Shown: positions 1 to 11,145 of the stretch, in pieces
Numbering within the stretch: position 1 is the first letter of the stretch
How the letters are laid out: each line of letters starts with the position of its first letter
Virus record (IMG/VR): IMGVR_UViG_2923318301_000002
Direction: 5' to 3' (one strand)
From: a virus
Taxonomy: Duplodnaviria > Heunggongvirae > Uroviricota > Caudoviricetes
Length of the DNA stretch: 42,689 nucleotides
Program-made: the position numbers and the translations under genes
The notes under the pieces: model-generated
What the model was told of the DNA's origin: nothing
What the model saw: the letters and a program-made list of their open reading frames with translations, nothing else
Databases searched by the model: none

Positions 1-327
1 ATGACTAAAAATACTCGTTTTTCCCCCGAAGTCCGTCAACGGGCAGTCCGTATGGTTCTGGAAAGTCAGAGCGAATATGACTCACAATGGGCGACAATTT
101 GTTCCATTGCTCCAAAGATTGGCTGTACGCCGGAGACTCTGCGTGTCTGGGTTCGCCAGCATGAGCGGGATACCGGGGGCGGTGATGGAGGGCTCACCAC
201 CGCTGAACGTCAGCGTCTGAAAGAGCTGGAACGTGAAAATCGTGAACTGCGCCGCAGTAACGATATCCTTCGCCAGGCTTCCGCTTATTTTGCGAAGGCG
301 GAGTTCGACCGCCTCTGGAAAAAATGA
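1..327 (+). CDS. IS3-family transposase OrfA (HTH subunit)
   Basis: 108-aa [22 protein letters not shown]... with leucine-zipper-like C-terminus; stop overlaps orfB start across an A6 run (ggaaaaaatga), typical of IS3-family −1 frameshifting. Confidence 0.85.
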   Translation: MTKNTRFSPEVRQRAVRMVLESQSEYDSQWATICSIAPKIGCTPETLRVWVRQHERDTGGGDGGLTTAERQRLKELERENRELRRSNDILRQASAYFAKAEFDRLWKK

Positions 328-1214
328 TGCCACTGCTGGATAAGCTGCGTGAGCAGTACGGGGTCGGACCGCTATGCAGCGAACTGCATATTGCCCCGTC
401 AACGTATTACCACTGTCAGCAACAGCGACATCATCCGGATAAACGCAGTGCCCGTGCGCAGCGCGATGACTGGCTGAAGAAAGAGATACAGCGCGTATAC
501 GATGAAAATCACAAGGTATACGGTGTGCGTAAAGTCTGGCGTCAGTTGTTACGGGAAGGTATCAGAGTGGCCAGATGCACTGTGGCACGTCTCATGGCGG
601 TTATGGGACTTGCCGGTGTTCTCCGGGGTAAAAAGGTCCGTACGACCATCAGCCGGAAAGCCGTTGCCGCAGGCGACCGCGTAAACCGTCAGTTCGTGGC
701 AGAACGACCTGACCAGCTGTGGGTGGCTGATTTTACTTACGTCAGCACATGGCGGGGCTTCGTCTATGTGGCGTTCATCATTGATGTGTTTGCCGGATAC
801 ATCGTGGGGTGGCGGGTCTCATCGTCCATGGAAACGACATTCGTGCTGGATGCACTGGAGCAGGCGTTATGGGCCCGTCGACCGTCCGGCACGGTCCATC
901 ACAGTGATAAAGGTTCTCAGTATGTATCGCTGGCCTACACACAGCGGCTTAAGGAAGCCGGATTACTGGCATCAACAGGAAGTACAGGCGACTCGTATGA
1001 CAACGCGATGGCGGAGAGCATCAATGGTCTTTACAAAGCGGAGGTAATACACCGTAAGAGCTGGAAAAACCGTGCAGAAGTGGAACTGGCCACACTCACG
1101 TGGGTGGACTGGTATAACAATCGACGATTGCTGGAAAGGCTGGGCCATACTCCTCCGGCAGAAGCAGAAAAAGCTTATTATGCTTCCATCGGAAACGATG
1201 ATCTGGCAGCCTGA
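324..1214 (+). CDS. IS3-family transposase OrfB (DDE catalytic subunit)
   Basis: 296-aa ORF in the −1 frame relative to orfA; integrase-core-like sequence (…WVADFTYV…HSDKGSQY…YDNAMAES…). Confidence 0.9.
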   Translation: MMPLLDKLREQYGVGPLCSELHIAPSTYYHCQQQRHHPDKRSARAQRDDWLKKEIQRVYDENHKVYGVRKVWRQLLREGIRVARCTVARLMAVMGLAGVLRGKKVRTTISRKAVAAGDRVNRQFVAERPDQLWVADFTYVSTWRGFVYVAFIIDVFAGYIVGWRVSSSMETTFVLDALEQALWARRPSGTVHHSDKGSQYVSLAYTQRLKEAGLLASTGSTGDSYDNAMAESINGLYKAEVIHRKSWKNRAEVELATLTWVDWYNNRRLLERLGHTPPAEAEKAYYASIGNDDLAA

Positions 1215-1216
1215 GT

Positions 1217-4200
1217 TCACAGATAAAACACTCTCCAGGAAACCCGGGGCGGTTCAGTAAGGTTTTGCCCGTCTGTTGTTTTTTGCGCATAAAACAGATA
1301 CGCAGCAGACGTTCCAACCTCAAAAACGTTTTGTCGAGTACTGGAACCCCACACCCTGATACTAACTGGTAGTTCTGAATTACCTGAATTAAGTAAAGCA
1401 AAACGATTGCCAGTCCCTGTTTGTTTTCTAATTACTAAATCGGCAGTTGAGTTAACCTCATCTTTGTTGATGGTTAGCGCCTGCGCTGTAGCACCGTTAA
1501 CAGTGCCACTTAGTAGTTGAACCGCTCCATCATCGCCATTTAACAGCACTTGAGCGCTGCTTCTGTGGTTTTTCAGGAACAACATTTTGCCTGTGCTTTC
1601 TGATGTGCCTACCGACCACGCCGAATTGGTTCCAGTGCTATCAACACCGCGCACAGCACAATTCATACTACTGTAATCTGACGTACTCCCCAGCACATCA
1701 ACACGCCCGCCGCCTAATTTTGATGGAGTCGTCGAGGTTAACGACCTGACGGTTACATCCTGATTCCATCCTGAAACAACTACCTGACTCCACTCCGTCC
1801 AGTTTCCATTGACAACAAAGCGAACGTATATGCGTTTTGTGTCGCTGCCAATCAGCGTTTGCATGATCGCATAATCTGAACCCGTAGTTTTACGAGTAGA
1901 TTCTACACGTAGCAAAAAGTTACCGCTTACGCCGTCAGGCTTATTGGTAATATATGCACCACCTGCAACAGTTTTGCATTGATAGTATTTAACAGATCCA
2001 GCCACTGTATTAGCAATGATCAAGTCGTTTAAATCAATAGTCTTGTTGTCAATGGTTTCCGGCTCGATAGATCCCGCCATACCTGCGTTAAATGTGGCAA
2101 AGTCAGAAAAGGTTGTTTTACCGCCTACCGTCACCCCGCTATCGAGTTTTGCTTGTGTGATTACTTTGCTGTTTTTTGTGTGGTCAGAATAACTACCAAA
2201 ATACAAATCACCGTCACCAGCTATACCCAGGTATTTTTGATCAACATCATCAACCTTAAACCCAATGGACAAGTTTTTAATTGTGTTGTTGCTCGTTAAA
2301 ACCAAAGGCGTATGCTGAGATCCTTTGATGCTTACCGTAGTGTTATCGGAACTGGTGCTTGTGTTTGCAAATTCTGCGGTGGCTGCGCTGATTTTGTAAG
2401 TTATTTTTAGATTGCGGGCCTCAACCCTCCCGTCGTGGCGAACAATAAAATCACCACTTGATTCACCTTTTGTGTTTTTCGCCCTGATGTGGATTTCGCC
2501 AAGTGATTCGTTGTTTTCAGGCGACCAAACAACGCCGCGCTCGCTTCCGTCGTTGTTCATGAACCACAGATGAGCGGTTCCTTTTGCTGATTTTAGCCTG
2601 ATAGATGGCGTTTCTTTCAATATATCAAGATCACCAGACATAACATCGCCGGATTTTTTCACCTGCGCATCGTTAGTTACGTTGCCAAGTCCAACATCCG
2701 ATTTCGACGGCTTGTTTGCCGAGCCGTATAGCTCATTGATGCTAAAAGTCCCGTTGTTAAGCCGGGCATCGTTGCCGGCATAGATCTTAATCTTCGCGGT
2801 TGAGTAGTCGATATTGATCGCTGACCACGTATCGCCGCACCGCGAGAATATACCAGAACCGTGGCTATAAATGGTCGCCGTGCTTCCGGTCGGCTTATCA
2901 CCGCGCCAGAAATGACCACCTTTGTCACGCAGAGCTTTTAAGATCTCTACATCGCTCATCTTGCCGTTTGTTGATATCCCGCTACCGCCAAGACCGAAAG
3001 CGCCTGTAAGCATAGCATTAGAAAGACCCAAATCTGCTTTAGTCGGCTTGTTTAACTGGTCGTAAATCCTTACAACGGGGCTTTCAACATATCCAGAAGG
3101 CGCGGCGGTTTGCTTAACAAATCCGTCTGGAATGTATAATTCCGGGCGTGCCGTCTGCGCCAGCACCGCAACCTTTGCGCCGTTGATAAATGCGCGCTGG
3201 AAGGCCCAAACCTCAATAAAGCCGTCACCTTTAACCAGGCCGTAACGCATCTGGTTGTTATCGGTCAGCCCGGTTGACCCTAAGCGGCGTATACTCAGAT
3301 GACGAGAAACATTATCCGCACTAAGCAAAGAAGGCAGACCGCGCGCCGAGATCTCGATAAAGTCAATGTTTCCGTAAGGGGAGCCGTAGTTACCGGCATT
3401 AGTAACCATTAGCGTTACATGGCAATTGCCGCTTCCGGGATCGGAAAGTTTCGCGATCTTTATGTAAAAAGACTCATTACCAGTAACAACGGGCCAATCG
3501 TATTGCGTCATCGGGCTGACGAGTCCCCCGACCTTGTCGAGATATTCTTTCGCCTTGTTCTCTGACGCTTTAGCGTTGGTTTCGCTGACCTTTGCTGCTG
3601 CCTCACTATTTTTCGCGTTGGTTTCTGATTTTTTGGCTGCTGTCGCGGAGTTTGCCGATGCAGTTTGTGAGTCTGCTGCCGCCTGTGCGCTGTTATCCGC
3701 ATTCGTCTCAGACGTTTTTGCGGCCTTCGCGGAATTTCCTGCTGCCGTTGCCGAGGAAGCTGCACTGCCGGCGCTCGAGGCAGCGCTCGTTTCTGATGAT
3801 TTTGCCGCCACTTTTGAAGCCGACGCATCCCGGGCTGAGGTGGCAGCTTCTGACGCTTTCGTGGTCGCGGTGGATGCAGATGTGGCCGCAGATTTTTGTG
3901 ATGCTGCGGCATTCATTTCCGACGTTTTCGCTGCACCGGCACTGGTGGCTGCCGCGCTTTTTGAAGACTCTGCGGCGGCAGCACTTTTTGATGCTTCAGT
4001 GGCCTTTGTTGATGCCGTTCCTGCGCTGGAAGACGCTGACTGAGCCGACGACGCGGCCTGTCCGGCTGACGTGCTGGCTGCACGTGCTGAGCCTGCAGCA
4101 TCAGTCGCACGGGTTGCCGCCTCACGGGCTGATGTGCTGGCATCGCTGGCTGACTTCTTCGCGGCTGCCGTGTTCTGTGCCACCGCGGACGCGTTACGCG

Positions 4201-4540
4201 CCACCTCTTCCACCATCAGTTCAAAACGGCGCAGTGCCTCAGGACGGGCATCATCCTCCGTCATGGCACCGAGAAAATCATTCAGCGTACCGGGTCGGGA
4301 ATCTTCATACACGGTGATGGTCCCGGCATGTGACGGCGGGAATCCTTCCACCAACAGAATAACGCTGTACTGACCGTACTCAACGTCCATGCTGTAACGC
4401 CCGGCTTCATCCGGATTTTCTGAGGCCAGCGTGTTCACCACCACCGTGGTACTGTTACGTTTTGCTTTCAGCTGGATTGTGCAGTTCTGTACCGGTTTTC
4501 CTGTGCCGTCTTTCAGTACACCTGAAATCTTTACTGCCAT
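1217..4540 (-). CDS. stf: Side tail fiber protein (lambda Stf-like), 3' end interrupted by IS629; last ~13 codons and the stop are IS-derived
   Basis: N-terminus MAVKISGVLKDGTGKPVQNCTIQLKAK… matches remembered lambda Stf; long Ala/Ser/Thr-rich repeat region; ATG at 4540 with GGGG upstream (track start 4546 is GTG); ORF continues into the IS inverted repeat (…TDGQN|LTEPPRVSWRVFYL*). Confidence 0.8.
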   Translation of the reverse strand: MAVKISGVLKDGTGKPVQNCTIQLKAKRNSTTVVVNTLASENPDEAGRYSMDVEYGQYSVILLVEGFPPSHAGTITVYEDSRPGTLNDFLGAMTEDDARPEALRRFELMVEEVARNASAVAQNTAAAKKSASDASTSAREAATRATDAAGSARAASTSAGQAASSAQSASSSAGTASTKATEASKSAAAAESSKSAAATSAGAAKTSEMNAAASQKSAATSASTATTKASEAATSARDASASKVAAKSSETSAASSAGSAASSATAAGNSAKAAKTSETNADNSAQAAADSQTASANSATAAKKSETNAKNSEAAAKVSETNAKASENKAKEYLDKVGGLVSPMTQYDWPVVTGNESFYIKIAKLSDPGSGNCHVTLMVTNAGNYGSPYGNIDFIEISARGLPSLLSADNVSRHLSIRRLGSTGLTDNNQMRYGLVKGDGFIEVWAFQRAFINGAKVAVLAQTARPELYIPDGFVKQTAAPSGYVESPVVRIYDQLNKPTKADLGLSNAMLTGAFGLGGSGISTNGKMSDVEILKALRDKGGHFWRGDKPTGSTATIYSHGSGIFSRCGDTWSAINIDYSTAKIKIYAGNDARLNNGTFSINELYGSANKPSKSDVGLGNVTNDAQVKKSGDVMSGDLDILKETPSIRLKSAKGTAHLWFMNNDGSERGVVWSPENNESLGEIHIRAKNTKGESSGDFIVRHDGRVEARNLKITYKISAATAEFANTSTSSDNTTVSIKGSQHTPLVLTSNNTIKNLSIGFKVDDVDQKYLGIAGDGDLYFGSYSDHTKNSKVITQAKLDSGVTVGGKTTFSDFATFNAGMAGSIEPETIDNKTIDLNDLIIANTVAGSVKYYQCKTVAGGAYITNKPDGVSGNFLLRVESTRKTTGSDYAIMQTLIGSDTKRIYVRFVVNGNWTEWSQVVVSGWNQDVTVRSLTSTTPSKLGGGRVDVLGSTSDYSSMNCAVRGVDSTGTNSAWSVGTSESTGKMLFLKNHRSSAQVLLNGDDGAVQLLSGTVNGATAQALTINKDEVNSTADLVIRKQTGTGNRFALLNSGNSELPVSIRVWGSSTRQNVFEVGTSAAYLFYAQKTTDGQNLTEPPRVSWRVFYL

Positions 4541-4551
4541 ATTCACCCCAC

Positions 4552-4577
4552 AAAAAAGCCCGCCTGAACCGGCGGGC
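4552..4577 (-). terminator. Rho-independent terminator downstream of lom
   Basis: GC-rich hairpin gcccgcc-tgaacc-ggcgggc followed on the minus strand by a T6 run. Confidence 0.6.
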
Positions 4578-4604
4578 TGTCATAACACTGTGTTACCTGG
4601 CTAA

Positions 4605-5204
4605 TCAGAATTTATAACCGACACCCACGATGAAACCGTCAGTGCGCCAGTCACCACTGCCGGAGCCTTCATAAGTAATATCAATGGCCACGGATTCGGT
4701 CGGGTTAAACTGCACGCCAGCCCCCCACGCCAGAGACGTGTTGCTGTGGCGACCGTCATCACTTCCGGTCAGCACGTCGTGCGTTTTCCCCTTGTTGTCA
4801 GTTACGCGGAGATAATCCCCGGAGAAAGTCGACACACGGCTGTAAGCCATACCCGCCATCGCATACGCGCTGAACCATTCATTCACGCGCACAGACGGCC
4901 CCGCCATCACGCTGAACCAGCGGTTACGCACGGAATCTTCATGCCAGCGGGTATCGCTGTAATGCGTTTTTTGCTCATCTTTGGCATTGGCATAACTGAA
5001 TGACGTCACCAGCCCCAGCGTGTCCGTAAATTCATAACGGTATTTCACGTTAATCCCGTTCAGATTATCGCTGCCGGGGACGTTCGTACGGGCATGAAGA
5101 TACCCTGCGCTCAGTGTGGACTGGTGTTCAGACGCCCATGCAGGCGTACCTGATACGGCCAGACAGATGGCTGCGGACAAAATAGCTGCATAAACTTTAC
5201 GCAT
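4605..5204 (-). CDS. lom: Outer membrane protein Lom (Ail/Lom family)
   Basis: 199-aa ORF with signal peptide; near-identical to remembered lambda Lom (MRK.YAAILSAAICLAVSG…GFIVGVGYKF). Confidence 0.9.
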   Translation of the reverse strand: MRKVYAAILSAAICLAVSGTPAWASEHQSTLSAGYLHARTNVPGSDNLNGINVKYRYEFTDTLGLVTSFSYANAKDEQKTHYSDTRWHEDSVRNRWFSVMAGPSVRVNEWFSAYAMAGMAYSRVSTFSGDYLRVTDNKGKTHDVLTGSDDGRHSNTSLAWGAGVQFNPTESVAIDITYEGSGSGDWRTDGFIVGVGYKF

Positions 5205-5225
5205 AATTACCTCTCGCTTTTCTGC

Positions 5226-5252
5226 AATAAAAAAGGCGCCATTTCTGGCGCC
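5226..5252 (-). terminator. Rho-independent terminator downstream of J
   Basis: Hairpin ggcgcc-atttct-ggcgcc followed on the minus strand by TTTTTTATT. Confidence 0.55.
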
Positions 5253-5271
5253 CGTATCTGGGTTATAAAAT

Positions 5272-8200
5272 TCAGCTAATCGTGATGCCTGCAGTGGCTT
5301 TCTTCATCACCACAACCAGCAAATCGCTGATACTGGCTGTGGGATACCAGTTATTTACCAGCCATGCTGACACCGAAAACTCCAGTGTCATGTGACCGTG
5401 ACCGGCAGGCATATCAATAACACCACTGTAAATCAGCGTATTATCCAGCGCGGTACGGTTATAAATTTCAGCACCGTTTTTCCGTACTATCAGGCGGCAT
5501 GACGAATAAATATCGTTATTCTCCCGCTCATGTTTAGCGCCGCTGAATGCCACCGCCGGAATAACAATCTGCCGGTCAAACGGCTGATCGTCATAAACCC
5601 TGACGGTGATGGTCCCTGATGGCCACCGTTCCGGTGCACGGGAGTCCCGGGGGAAAGCTTTGCCCACTGTTTTAACGAGATCGCCTTCAATCTGGTTGGC
5701 GGACAGTTTTCCCAGAACCCGACAGTTCTCGTTAATCGTGACGTTGTTGAGCGTCCCGGCGTTCGCATTCACGTTACCGCTGATATCGGCATTTTTCGCC
5801 GTCAGCCGCCCGTCCGGTGTCAGGGAAAATACCGGAGGATTACCGCCGCTGGTAATGGTGGGAGCCGTCAGGCGTTTCAGGAACACTTCGTTCATGAATA
5901 TCTGATCGCCCTGCCCAACAAACATCGGCTTTGTGTTGCCATTCGCAGGATTAATCATCGCAATCCTGTCTGCCGCCAGCAGCACCTGACTCTGCATGCC
6001 GTCAGGGGTGTTCTCAATACCGGCACCAATACCCGCGATATAAAGGCGTCCGTCCTGCATCTGCTGCAGCTTCACAGCCCACATGCTGTTCAGGTTATTA
6101 TTTGTATCAACCTGAACCTTCTGTATCTGCTGAATTGCCGCACTCTGGTCTTCCAGTTTCTTATTGACGGTCTGCGTGATTTCATTGCTGACATCCGTAA
6201 TGGACGTCCTGATTTCAGCCAGGTCAGGCGCAAGCTGACCGTTATCAATCTGCGTCCACAGCTCCTGAGCCAGATGGGTTTTCCCTATCTCGCCTTTGAA
6301 AAAATCCAGATAACCGGATGCATCATCACTCGGCTGACCAACAGCCTCCACGAATGCCGATTTGCCAACGGTGTTCACACTGCGGATATAAAAGTAATAA
6401 TCATGGCCCGGTTTGATATTGATACTGGCGGCTATCCAGTACAGCGCCGTGCCAAGATAGCGTGCTGTGGTTTCAACCTGCCTGATATCGGTAATCCGCT
6501 TTTCCGAGAACCAGAACTCAAACTGTACCGTCGGATCATAAACCGCAAGATGCGGCGTGGCGGTTATCTGAAAATAGCCCGGCGTCAGCTCAATCCGCGA
6601 CGGCGCTGCCGGTGCGGCAATCCGGAACGATACCGACGCCGGATCGCCCTGCTGCCCCCACGCATTTACTGCCCGGACTGTCAGCCTGTAGTTCCCCAGC
6701 GCCAGTTGTGTGAAGCGGTAAGTGGTTTCCGTCGTCCGGGCCGTGCTGACCAGCCACTCACTGCCGTCATCCGCTGTTACGGTCAGACGGAGCAGGAAGC
6801 TCACGCCCTTCACCACCTTCGGCGTGTCCCAGCGCGCCAGCACCTGATATTCCCCGCTGTCTGCGGTGACTTCGGCAGTCAGGTGCTGCACCGCTGGCGG
6901 CGTGACACCATTCACCGTGCCGCTCTGGTCGCCGTCAAAGTGCGCCCCGTTATCCACGATGGCTTCTTTTTCCGGTACATGCTGCACGGCGGTGATGGCA
7001 TACGTGCCGTCATCGTTCTCACGGATACTCACACAGCGGAACAGGCGCTGGCGCAGCGTCGGCAACTTCAGCCCCCACACGCTGTATTCTGCAACACCAT
7101 CAGGAACCCGGCTCACTTTCACCTTCACGCCGTCGGTGACGGACTGGACCTCCACGCTGACCGGATTACCCTGACCGTCAACCAGGCTTATCAGCGTGGT
7201 ACCGGAGGATGGCAGCGTGATTTCACGGTCGAGCGTCAGCGTCCGGGTCTGGCTGTTCACCGCCAGCACGCGCCCGCCGGTGCTGATACCCGCATAGTCA
7301 TCATCGCAGATTTCAATGACATCCCCCGGTACATGGCGAAGCCCTTCCGCACCCACGCTGAAGTCCACGGTCTGCGTTTCCAGCAGTTCCGTTTTAATCA
7401 GCCACAGCCCGGCGCGGTGCGCCTGCCCCCGGCTGGTACAGCCAAAGGCATCCATCTTCGTGACGTTACGACCGTAACGGGCAATGGCCTGCGTATCTTC
7501 AACAAGCTCTGTCGCCGTCTCCCAGCCGTTGTCCGGGTCAATCCAGTTCACCTCAACGGCATTATGGCGGTCTTTCAGGGCGCTGAAGCTGTAGCGGAAC
7601 GGCGCGCCATCATCCGGCATCACCACATTACTGCGGTTATAGGTCCACGCCTTATCCGACGGCCGGTCCTGCACGAACGTCAGCGTCTGCCCGTTCCATA
7701 CCGGCATACAGCGCATCGCCGAGCAGAAATCACTGAGCACATCCCACGCCTTACGCTGTGTGGTCAGGTAAGCGTTACAGGTGATGCGCGGCTCCGTGCC
7801 GCCAAAACCGTCCGGCACCGACTGATCGCAATGCTGGCCGATGACATACAGCGCCCATTTGTCCACATCCGCCGCACCAAGACGTTTCCCCATGCCGTAG
7901 CGCGGATGGGTCAGCATATCCCACAGACACCAGGCCATGTTGTTGCTGTATGCTGGCTTAAACGTTCCGTCCCAGATACCGCTGTATTGCCGCGTCTGCG
8001 GGTTATAGTTCGACGGCACCTGCAGAATGCGCCCGCGCAGATGATAATTACGGCTCACCTGCTGGCTGCCGAACTGCTCCGAATCCACCTGCACGCCGAC
8101 CAGTGCCGTGTTCGGGTAGCACTGTTTCACATCGATGATTTCGGTGTATGACGACCAGAGCGTTTTGTTCTGCAGCTGGTCTGTGGTGCTGTCCGGCGTC

Positions 8201-8751
8201 ATCCTGCGCATCCGGATATTAAACGGGCGCGGCGGCAGGTTATCCACCACCACCGAGGCCAGATACTGCGAGGTGGTTTTGCCCTTAATGGTGATGTCTT
8301 TTTCCGTCACCCAGCCACCATTACGCTGTATCTGAACCAGCAGGCGAACTTCCGACGGATTCCGGTCCCCCTTTGAGGTGGTTTCCACCAGTGCCTGCAC
8401 ACCGAAGGTAAAGCGCAGACGGTCGATGTTTGCAGACGTAATGGTGCGGGTGATCGGCGTGTCATATTTCACTTCCGTACCCAGCACCGTCTCGGAGCCG
8501 GAGGATTCAAACCCCTCCGGCGGTGTCTGCTCCTGCTCACCGGCACGGAACACCACCGTGACACCGGAGATGTTGGTATTCCCCTCAGTGTCCAGCACCG
8601 GCGTACTGTTCAGCAGCACGCTTTTTAATCCATCCACCGGACCTTCAACCGGCCCTTCACTGATGGCGTCTATCACGCTCAGCATCTGGGATGATTTCAG
8701 GTTGTCCTTCGCTTCGCGCGGGGTATGCCCCTTACTGCTGCCTTTACCCAT
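5272..8751 (-). CDS. J: Tail tip host-specificity protein J
   Basis: 1159-aa ORF collinear with lambda gpJ ([22 protein letters not shown]…). Confidence 0.95.
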   Translation of the reverse strand: MGKGSSKGHTPREAKDNLKSSQMLSVIDAISEGPVEGPVDGLKSVLLNSTPVLDTEGNTNISGVTVVFRAGEQEQTPPEGFESSGSETVLGTEVKYDTPITRTITSANIDRLRFTFGVQALVETTSKGDRNPSEVRLLVQIQRNGGWVTEKDITIKGKTTSQYLASVVVDNLPPRPFNIRMRRMTPDSTTDQLQNKTLWSSYTEIIDVKQCYPNTALVGVQVDSEQFGSQQVSRNYHLRGRILQVPSNYNPQTRQYSGIWDGTFKPAYSNNMAWCLWDMLTHPRYGMGKRLGAADVDKWALYVIGQHCDQSVPDGFGGTEPRITCNAYLTTQRKAWDVLSDFCSAMRCMPVWNGQTLTFVQDRPSDKAWTYNRSNVVMPDDGAPFRYSFSALKDRHNAVEVNWIDPDNGWETATELVEDTQAIARYGRNVTKMDAFGCTSRGQAHRAGLWLIKTELLETQTVDFSVGAEGLRHVPGDVIEICDDDYAGISTGGRVLAVNSQTRTLTLDREITLPSSGTTLISLVDGQGNPVSVEVQSVTDGVKVKVSRVPDGVAEYSVWGLKLPTLRQRLFRCVSIRENDDGTYAITAVQHVPEKEAIVDNGAHFDGDQSGTVNGVTPPAVQHLTAEVTADSGEYQVLARWDTPKVVKGVSFLLRLTVTADDGSEWLVSTARTTETTYRFTQLALGNYRLTVRAVNAWGQQGDPASVSFRIAAPAAPSRIELTPGYFQITATPHLAVYDPTVQFEFWFSEKRITDIRQVETTARYLGTALYWIAASINIKPGHDYYFYIRSVNTVGKSAFVEAVGQPSDDASGYLDFFKGEIGKTHLAQELWTQIDNGQLAPDLAEIRTSITDVSNEITQTVNKKLEDQSAAIQQIQKVQVDTNNNLNSMWAVKLQQMQDGRLYIAGIGAGIENTPDGMQSQVLLAADRIAMINPANGNTKPMFVGQGDQIFMNEVFLKRLTAPTITSGGNPPVFSLTPDGRLTAKNADISGNVNANAGTLNNVTINENCRVLGKLSANQIEGDLVKTVGKAFPRDSRAPERWPSGTITVRVYDDQPFDRQIVIPAVAFSGAKHERENNDIYSSCRLIVRKNGAEIYNRTALDNTLIYSGVIDMPAGHGHMTLEFSVSAWLVNNWYPTASISDLLVVVMKKATAGITIS

Positions 8752-8811
8752 TCCTCACGCTCCAGAAACGACAAAACCGCCCTGAGGCGGTTTCACATAA
8801 AACGTTTTGCA

Positions 8812-9459
8812 TCAGCGACCAATCACCACAACCTGACCACCGTCCCCTTCGTCTGCCGTGCTGATCTCCTGAGAAGCCACCCGCGACCCCACGCGCATTT
8901 CACCGTACAGAACGGGCAGAACATTGCCCTGGGCAACCATGTTATCCAGTGAGGAGAAATAGGTGTTCTGCTTACCGTTATCCGTTGTCTGTGTACGGGG
9001 AGTTCTGGCTTTCGGTGCCAGCATCTGCGCCACACCGCCAAGGATCATACTGGCCCCCGCAGCATACATGCCCGATACAGCCGCAGCTCCCAGCCAGCCC
9101 ACAGGGTTCCACCACGCCACTGCAATCAGCGCCGCACCCAGCACCGCCTGAAACACACCGCCACTTTTTGCTCCCGCAAGACGCGGAACGATGTGGATCA
9201 CGGCACCATTTTTCAGCGGCTCATTAAGACGGGCTGATAATTCGTTTTCGCCTGCATCACGCCCGGCAATGCGCACCTGATACCAGCCATCGCTCAGTTT
9301 CTGACGAAACGCCGGGATCTGCATGGCCAGCGCCCGGATGGCTTCGGCCCCCGTTTTCACACGAAGGTCGATGCGGCGGCCAAATCGTTGCAAATCCCCG
9401 TAAAGGCAGATACGTGCCATGCCCGGTGACGCCAGAGGGAGTGTGTGCGTCGCTGCCAT
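8812..9459 (-). CDS. I: Tail assembly protein I
   Basis: 215-aa ORF MAATHTLPLASPGMARICLYGDLQRFGRRIDLRV… matches lambda gpI; overlaps the K 3' end as in lambda. Confidence 0.85.
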   Translation of the reverse strand: MAATHTLPLASPGMARICLYGDLQRFGRRIDLRVKTGAEAIRALAMQIPAFRQKLSDGWYQVRIAGRDAGENELSARLNEPLKNGAVIHIVPRLAGAKSGGVFQAVLGAALIAVAWWNPVGWLGAAAVSGMYAAGASMILGGVAQMLAPKARTPRTQTTDNGKQNTYFSSLDNMVAQGNVLPVLYGEMRVGSRVASQEISTADEGDGGQVVVIGR

Positions 9460-10100
9460 TTGTCGGTGTACCTCTCTCGTTTGCTCAGTTGTTCAGGAAT
9501 ATGGTGCAGCAGCTCGCCGTCGCCGCAGTAAATTGCGGCGTGATTCGGCACCGATGAACCAAAACAGCACAGCAGCACATCGCCCGGCTGTGCCGCTGAC
9601 AACGGCACCTGATACAGCCCCGTCGCCTCCAGATTATCCAGATAGAGATTCTGGCCGTTACGCCACCAGTCATCCTCACGATGAAAATCAGGCATCTCAA
9701 TTCCCGCCAGATGGTAAGCATCCCGGAGCAGCGTGTAACAGTCCGTCACCCCGTGCTCAAAGCGCCGCCCGGTAAGATGCGGCACACAGCGGAACTTGTG
9801 AATCGCCCCCCGGCAGACCAGCCACCACGGCAAATCACTCTGCACCTGCAGCCGCCGGTCGGCCTCACTCAGCCAGGGCAGACCACCGGGGTGGCTGTGG
9901 ACCAGCGCCACAATCTCACCCTGCATTTCTGCCTGCAGCCAGTCTTCCGGCGACATACGGAAATACGCCTCCGGCTCACCGGAGATATTCACGCAGGGAA
10001 AATATCTTTCCCCCTCCGGCGTGCTTACCACGAAGCCGCACGACTCCGCTGGCGCACATCGCCGGGCGTGCGCCAGAATCGCTGATTCTGTCTGTGTCAT
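9357..10100 (-). CDS. K: Tail assembly protein K (NlpC/P60 and MPN-like)
   Basis: 247-aa ORF MTQTESAILAHARRCAPAESCGFV… matches lambda gpK. Confidence 0.9.
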   Translation of the reverse strand: MTQTESAILAHARRCAPAESCGFVVSTPEGERYFPCVNISGEPEAYFRMSPEDWLQAEMQGEIVALVHSHPGGLPWLSEADRRLQVQSDLPWWLVCRGAIHKFRCVPHLTGRRFEHGVTDCYTLLRDAYHLAGIEMPDFHREDDWWRNGQNLYLDNLEATGLYQVPLSAAQPGDVLLCCFGSSVPNHAAIYCGDGELLHHIPEQLSKRERYTDKWQRRTHSLWRHRAWHVSAFTGICNDLAAASTFV

Positions 10101-10105
10101 GGGAT

Positions 10106-10804
10106 TTACTGCGAAAGTTTGTTAATGGAAAGGAAGCCGCCAAAGTTGCCGACGTTATTGCGGAACTTACAACCGCTCAGGCATTTGCTGCATTTATCCT
10201 TCGTGATATCGGACGTTGGCTGGTCATATTCATCCGCGACAGCCGGACCGCTATAACCGCACTCGTCACCGCGATAGGTCCAGGTGCAGGTGTTGGCCAG
10301 CATGATACGTCCCGGAAAAACAGCGCCATCCGTTTCCGTCGGCGTGGACAGTACAAAGGAGGCACTCACCGCGCTCAGTTCGCTGCACTGCTCAATGCGC
10401 CAGCGGCTGATCACCTCCTGCTCCGGATCGGCGTAACTGTTTCCGTTGACGAAGTTCACCGCATCCAGAAAACGGGCGTAAACCTTACGCCGGACCACCG
10501 TTCCGCCGACCAGACTCTGCATATCTTCCGCCATCCCGGTGACCATGCCGTACAGATTAGAGACTTTAAGCGTTGGCCTTGCACTGGCTCCTTTGCCGTT
10601 CATCTCAAATCCGCTTCCCTGAATGGGATAAGCCTGATACTGCCGCCCCTGCCAGGTGACTGGTTCACCTTTTTCGTTCTGCTCATTACAGAAGAAATAA
10701 CGATCTCCGCCGACCTCTGTCAGATCAATTTCCCAGAGCACGACCAGCGCGGATTGCTCCGTTTTAGTGCACTCATTGAGTGTTTCCTGCTGTATATCCT
10801 GCAT
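10106..10804 (-). CDS. L: Minor tail protein L
   Basis: 232-aa ORF matching lambda gpL; start overlaps M stop (ATGA). Confidence 0.9.
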   Translation of the reverse strand: MQDIQQETLNECTKTEQSALVVLWEIDLTEVGGDRYFFCNEQNEKGEPVTWQGRQYQAYPIQGSGFEMNGKGASARPTLKVSNLYGMVTGMAEDMQSLVGGTVVRRKVYARFLDAVNFVNGNSYADPEQEVISRWRIEQCSELSAVSASFVLSTPTETDGAVFPGRIMLANTCTWTYRGDECGYSGPAVADEYDQPTSDITKDKCSKCLSGCKFRNNVGNFGGFLSINKLSQ

Positions 10805-11145
10805 CAGTGAGTGACCTCTTCAAAGGTACAGTTAAAATCGGTATACATGGCATTATCCGAAATGCTCCACTCCCTGCAGACAACCCGGACAGTCCTGTTG
10901 TGTTTTGGCGGACGCCACAAAAAAGCACGAATCCCGGCATGACGGGATAAAAAACTGTCCAGCGCGGCACGGGAATATTCATCTGTGACACGAAATACCG
11001 GTTTAAACGTTTTCAGATCCGCATTCAGACCACCAGCCCGTCGCTGTTCATATCCGTCACCAAACTTTACCGTAATAACTGATGGCTTTCGTGTCGTCTC
11101 CATCCCCTCACGGGGGATCCAGTTAAAAACTTCAGGCTCAGGCAC
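10804..11145 (-). CDS. M: Minor tail protein M
   Basis: Core FGDGYEQR…GGLNADLKTF matches lambda gpM; start chosen at GTG 11145 (GGAGGA 8 nt upstream) to match lambda M length; track start 11190 and ATG 11160 are alternatives. Confidence 0.7.
   Translation of the reverse strand: MPEPEVFNWIPREGMETTRKPSVITVKFGDGYEQRRAGGLNADLKTFKPVFRVTDEYSRAALDSFLSRHAGIRAFLWRPPKHNRTVRVVCREWSISDNAMYTDFNCTFEEVTH

Larger units (their letters stand above)
1..1257 (+). mobile_element. IS629-like insertion sequence (IS3 family), left end truncated by window edge; right end at ~1257
   Basis: Two overlapping transposase ORFs (108 aa and 296 aa) in 0/-1 frames matching remembered IS629 OrfA/OrfB; terminal sequence ...GGCGGTTCA at 1249-1257; the tail fiber reading frame runs into this end. 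Confidence 0.8.

Noticed and set aside
1096-1401. 101-aa minus-strand ORF spanning the IS629 junction
   Set aside because: Crosses the IS/tail-fiber boundary in a frame not supported by either gene; artefact.
3534-4373. Several plus-strand ORFs (169, 241, 100 aa)
   Set aside because: Antisense to the Ala/Ser-rich repeat region of stf; repetitive GC-rich sequence keeps all frames open.
6274-8151. 625-aa plus-strand ORF
   Set aside because: Lies antisense within the J gene; Arg/Pro/His-rich composition typical of a shadow ORF in a GC-rich gene; no RBS.
10094-10810. 238-aa plus-strand ORF
   Set aside because: Entirely antisense to minor tail gene L.
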